Source: a virus (lineage: Duplodnaviria > Caudoviricetes). Taken from it: DNA of 30,017 nucleotides. Shown here piece by piece: positions 26,304 through 30,017 of the stretch. The DNA is taken from positions 1 to 30,017 of the IMG/VR virus record IMGVR_UViG_3300044723_007291. The stretch is one strand, 5' to 3'. The first letter of the stretch is position 1. Each line of letters opens with the position of its first letter. The notes beneath the pieces were generated by a model. The model was not told the origin of the DNA, did not search any database, and worked only from the letters and a program-made list of their open reading frames with translations. Made by a program: the position numbers and the translations under genes.

Positions 26304-27626
26304 ATGGCTAGTGTAAACCCACTACTATCACCCTTAACTCAAGGCGAAACAATGCGCGATTACAAACATGCGTCGCGCACTTTTGTTGACAACAACTTTG
26401 AATTACAGCCTAGACATGGGCATCTCTTTCATGTAGTATTTGAATTTACAGCAGAAGCACAAGGGCTATTCAATACAGTCGAAAAACTTGAGATGCCTAT
26501 ACTTGTGAAAACTATAGATTTGCCTACATATACTATTGATGTACAAACACACAACCAGTATAATAGACAAGTACAAACGCATCATAAAATTAATTACAAT
26601 CCAATTAATGTAACGTTCCATGATGATGTTAAAGAACTTATTCGTAATCTCTGGCACAAGTATTATGTATTTTACAGTGCTGATCCAACCTACAGTTTAG
26701 ACAGTAACAGTTATAATACACAGGATAGATACGCAAACAGAACCCAACAACAGTGGGGATTGCAGCGCGGCAATAAGCGTTTCTTTAAAAATATTAAAAT
26801 ATACAGCATGCACAATCATAAGTTTGCAGAGTATACAATAATTAATCCTATTATTACAAGTTTTAATCATGACAGTCATGCATACGCAAGCGCAGGATTA
26901 ATGCAGCACAGTATGCAATTACAGTATGAATCTGTAAAATATGCTACAGGATTTGTAAATGATGTAGGACCAACTGGCTTTGGTGAAATACATTATGACG
27001 TTGAAACTAGTGATCTTAGCAATGGTAATCAGTTTGGACAAGCATTTATTGATGGGCAACTAGTCAATACAAATGGACAACGCCCACAGGATTTGTTTAA
27101 CGGCAATACGCAAGCAACTATAGGAAGCCAAGGTATACTGTTTGACAACCTATCAAATTTAACATTTGGTAATGTAATTAGTACAGCGTTTGGAAAAGTT
27201 GCAAGTAACATTTTGACAGGGCAAAAACCTACAAGTAATATACTAGTACCATTTATTGGTAAAGCAAGTGTACGAGATCTTAATGCAAACGATATTGCAA
27301 GTATTGTAGTTAATAATCAAACTAATAGTGGAACAAATGATAGTATAAGTAGTCAAGGACAAAGTATTGGAAATGCGCTGTTTACAGCCACACAATCTAG
27401 TTCGCAGTTACCTAGTATAGGTTATGCTAATACTATTCCTAATACAACTGGTACAGTGGGCGCACCTAATAAAATAAGTAGTGTAACAACTTATAACAAA
27501 TCAAGCTCTAGCGCAGGCACTAGACAGCAAGCAGCGGCTTTTGCACAACAGAGATTGCAAGATCCCAATATAAGTGCTGAACAGCGAGCATACTATCAAG
27601 AAAAGGTAAGGTTAAGTAATCTATAA
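26304..27626 (+). CDS. Tube-fold baseplate/tube initiator-like protein with low-complexity C-terminal half
   Basis: VKTIDLPTY..NQYNR..INYNPINVTFHDD and INPIITSF..LQYE resemble the gp19/gp54 fold. C-terminal part is N/Q/S/T-rich. Confidence 0.6.
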   Translation: MASVNPLLSPLTQGETMRDYKHASRTFVDNNFELQPRHGHLFHVVFEFTAEAQGLFNTVEKLEMPILVKTIDLPTYTIDVQTHNQYNRQVQTHHKINYNPINVTFHDDVKELIRNLWHKYYVFYSADPTYSLDSNSYNTQDRYANRTQQQWGLQRGNKRFFKNIKIYSMHNHKFAEYTIINPIITSFNHDSHAYASAGLMQHSMQLQYESVKYATGFVNDVGPTGFGEIHYDVETSDLSNGNQFGQAFIDGQLVNTNGQRPQDLFNGNTQATIGSQGILFDNLSNLTFGNVISTAFGKVASNILTGQKPTSNILVPFIGKASVRDLNANDIASIVVNNQTNSGTNDSISSQGQSIGNALFTATQSSSQLPSIGYANTIPNTTGTVGAPNKISSVTTYNKSSSSAGTRQQAAAFAQQRLQDPNISAEQRAYYQEKVRLSNL

Positions 27627-27997
27627 TGGCACAAGAATCCAATTTACCAATAGTAAATCCTGCAGATAATTTTGACCAACGTGTACAAGATTATTTCACT
27701 AACTATTTTACTGCTCCTATCAATATGACAGATCAGGAATATGAGGCAGCAAAAAGTTTTTTTGTAGCAAGAACTAATAATGAACAAGCCGCCGCAGCAT
27801 TAACAGCGGCTACTATACAAGCAGCAAACGAACTAGACTTGTTTATACTGGATGTTATTGAAGAATTTAAAACCACTGGTGACTTAAAAAGTGCTATCCC
27901 TACATTTTTAAACATGAGTCGCAGTGGCAGAAGTCTACTGGGATATGAAGCAAACATTACCCCAAACGAGAATATAGCACGCCAAGTGGAGGCGTAA
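27626..27997 (+). CDS. Hypothetical protein in the tail operon
   Basis: 123 aa, TAATG-coupled upstream and abutting the next gene. Confidence 0.7.
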   Translation: MAQESNLPIVNPADNFDQRVQDYFTNYFTAPINMTDQEYEAAKSFFVARTNNEQAAAALTAATIQAANELDLFILDVIEEFKTTGDLKSAIPTFLNMSRSGRSLLGYEANITPNENIARQVEA

Positions 27998-28438
27998 ATG
28001 TTTAGTCGTAACAAATATGCTAATGGCATATACACCATAACAAATCCTAGCAAATATAACGGTAATAAAGAACCTAGATATCGTAGTGGATGGGAACATG
28101 CATTTATGCGCTTTTGTGATAACAATCCAAGTGTAATAAGTTGGGCAAGTGAAGCAATTACAATACCTTATCGTAATCCACTTACTGGCAAAGGTACAAT
28201 ATATGTGCCAGACTTTATTGTAATGTATCAAGACAAACGCGGCAACAAGCATGCTGAACTTATAGAAATCAAACCCAAAGCACAGACCATGCTCACCGAA
28301 AAGACTCGCGAAAAGGAAAAACTTACTATTGCTATTAATCACGCAAAGTGGGAAGCGGCTGCTAAGTGGGCAAAGCATAATGGACTACGCTTTAGAGTAG
28401 TAACAGAAGATGATATTTTTCACAACGGCAAACGCTAG
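27998..28438 (+). CDS. Head completion nuclease (T4 gp4-like, TnsA-type PD-(D/E)xK)
   Basis: YRSGWE..FCDNNPSVISWASE..IPY, YVPDF, LIEIKP and NHAKWEAA..FRVVTE. Confidence 0.9.
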   Translation: MFSRNKYANGIYTITNPSKYNGNKEPRYRSGWEHAFMRFCDNNPSVISWASEAITIPYRNPLTGKGTIYVPDFIVMYQDKRGNKHAELIEIKPKAQTMLTEKTREKEKLTIAINHAKWEAAAKWAKHNGLRFRVVTEDDIFHNGKR

Positions 28439-28452
28439 GGATAACTATTAGT

Positions 28453-28965
28453 ATGACAAAAAAACTAGAAGAATTATTTGATGTAGCACCTGCAGATGAA
28501 CTAAACATCACAGCAGAAGAAAATAGTGCAGTCGTAGAGGCTGTAACTGCTAAAGATTTGCCGCAAATACAGACAGCTCTTACTAATGTAGATAAGATTG
28601 ATGCTGCATTACCCAGCGTAAGCGAACTTGGTACTAGTGATAAAGAGATGGATGACATTGCTGTATTAGCACAGGATACATTCAAAGACTTGATGGATTT
28701 AGGCATGAACGTAGAAGCACGTTTTAGTGGTGAGATTTTCAGCAATGCTGCTCGTATGTTGGACACAGCACTGAGTGCAAAGAACGCAAAAATTAATAAA
28801 AAATTGCGCATGGTTGATTTACAACTGAAAAAAGCAACATTAGATGCTAGACTTGCTAAAGAAGCAAAAGCCAATGGTGAAGAAATTGAAGATGGTGACG
28901 GACAGACAGTTGATCGTAACCAACTTCTAATGGAAATACTAGGCAGAAACTCTGAACAAAAGTAA
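28453..28965 (+). CDS. Helical protein, possibly small terminase subunit (gp16-like)
   Basis: 170 aa with a central two-helix/coiled-coil pattern and C-terminal DRNQLLMEIL, loosely like gp16. The assignment is tentative. Confidence 0.45.
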   Translation: MTKKLEELFDVAPADELNITAEENSAVVEAVTAKDLPQIQTALTNVDKIDAALPSVSELGTSDKEMDDIAVLAQDTFKDLMDLGMNVEARFSGEIFSNAARMLDTALSAKNAKINKKLRMVDLQLKKATLDARLAKEAKANGEEIEDGDGQTVDRNQLLMEILGRNSEQK

Positions 28966-28971
28966 TAAATA
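28964..28971 (+). promoter_or_regulatory. T4-like late promoter box
   Basis: AATAAATA overlapping the upstream stop, followed by SD AAGGA and ATG 28996. Confidence 0.7.
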
Positions 28972-28995
28972 CACTACTATATAAGGAACACTGTA

Positions 28996-29493
28996 ATGAA
29001 AAGTTTAAAGAGTTATCTCGTTGAAAGCGAACACACATACAAGTTTCGTATTAAAATGGCTGAAAAATGCGATGACGAAACAATGAACGCACTGGAATCT
29101 GCACTGGAAAAATACGAAGTTTCAAGTATGAGCAAGCCAAAGAAAACTCCAATCCAAGAACATCCCATGGATTTTCAAACACTGCAAAATGCAGAAGTGT
29201 TTATTATGGACGCAGAACTAAAATATCCTGTAACTGCACATCAACTATATGAATATATTAGTCAAACAATTGGCGTCCCAGCAAGTCACTTAGTAGTAAT
29301 TAACAGTGATCATCCTGAAGAAATTGCTCGCGAAGAAGCACTTAAAGAAGAAGATAAAGAATACGAAGCAAAGTTAGACACTGACTATGAAGATGCAAAC
29401 AATGCTAAAGATAGTTTTGGTGATGAGTATAATGAAAACATGCTTAAGACTATAGAAACACGCAAACACGAGTTTGCAAAAAAAGGAGAATAG
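28996..29493 (+). CDS. Hypothetical late protein (acidic C-terminus)
   Basis: 165 aa with SD and a late box. N-terminus MKSLKSYLVE. Confidence 0.7.
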   Translation: MKSLKSYLVESEHTYKFRIKMAEKCDDETMNALESALEKYEVSSMSKPKKTPIQEHPMDFQTLQNAEVFIMDAELKYPVTAHQLYEYISQTIGVPASHLVVINSDHPEEIAREEALKEEDKEYEAKLDTDYEDANNAKDSFGDEYNENMLKTIETRKHEFAKKGE

Positions 29494-29495
29494 CA

Positions 29496-29984
29496 ATGGA
29501 TATTGCATCACTAAGAGCGAAACTAGATAATATCGCAGAAGAACTAGCCCAGCTACCTGAGCAAGACACTGTTGCGATTGAAGAAGAAGAAATTGAAGAA
29601 GTAGAACAGCCTGTAGAAGAAGATCATCACGAAAAAGATGAGGACGGAAACGTCATTCCTCACGATGAGATTGAAGAAGAAGCAGTTGAGGAAGCAATGG
29701 TAGAGATTCCTGTACAAGAACTTGCAGACATCATGCAACTTGCAGGATATACTGACTATGCAGAACGCATTGAAGAGTATGCTAATGAGCCTGATGAGCA
29801 GTATATGGATGCAGAAGAGCAAATGATTGGTCTAAGCGGTGGACTAAATGGTCCTAAGACTATGCATACTCCTGCAGCAGGCGGCGACAATCCAATGGAT
29901 AAAGAAGCACTTAAAACTGTAGAAGAAAATCTTTACAAAAGTTATCAAGATTTTTTAGAAGAAGCAGAAATTAAAGAAGATTAA
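29496..29984 (+). CDS. Highly acidic hypothetical protein (possible internal head protein)
   Basis: 162 aa, SD AGGAG, long Glu/Asp-rich tracts. Confidence 0.7.
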   Translation: MDIASLRAKLDNIAEELAQLPEQDTVAIEEEEIEEVEQPVEEDHHEKDEDGNVIPHDEIEEEAVEEAMVEIPVQELADIMQLAGYTDYAERIEEYANEPDEQYMDAEEQMIGLSGGLNGPKTMHTPAAGGDNPMDKEALKTVEENLYKSYQDFLEEAEIKED

Positions 29985-30017
29985 ATCTTTAAGATATAAA
30001 GAAAAGCGGCTATATAC

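Noticed and set aside
27998-28438. Tn7-like transposon (TnsA-type nuclease)
   Set aside because: Sequence and context match the gp4-like head completion protein, and no other transposition genes or terminal repeats are evident.
1-30017. Alternative genetic code or stop-codon recoding, and tRNA genes
   Set aside because: Genes are full length under the standard code and TAA, TAG and TGA all terminate genes. No cloverleaf was seen in the short intergenic regions.

Overview
The window is part of the virion-structure region of a large, AT-rich T4-related myovirus, a distant T4-superfamily type. A marine or aquatic origin is my inference. From 1 to about 15.7 kb lies a + strand cluster of Thr/Ser/Gly-rich fibre and appendage genes built from reshuffled modules: PKD repeats, an Mtd-N anchor, peptidase-G2-like C-terminal chaperones and a 3x120-bp repeat. 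Two paralogous proteins with a GT42 (CstII)/Maf-type glycosyltransferase motif pattern bracket most of this cluster. From 15.7 to 18.7 kb is an inverted operon of gp14-like, gp15-like and Nudix genes. From 18.7 to 20.5 kb are a stand-alone Smr gene and a small sigma70-driven insert. From 20.5 to 30 kb are a gp13-like neck gene, dNMP kinase, a degenerate HNH protein, an enlarged tail sheath, tail tube, a second tube-like protein, a gp4-like nuclease, a possible small terminase and acidic proteins. A T4-late-like (A/C)TAAATA box precedes nearly every transcription unit. The main leads are a possible virion O-glycosylation system, hairpins overlapping late promoters that could block translation of read-through mRNA, leaderless late genes (including the Smr nuclease), and a 220-bp non-coding element with phased A-tracts. 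All product calls come from motif recognition by eye; no database searches were run.
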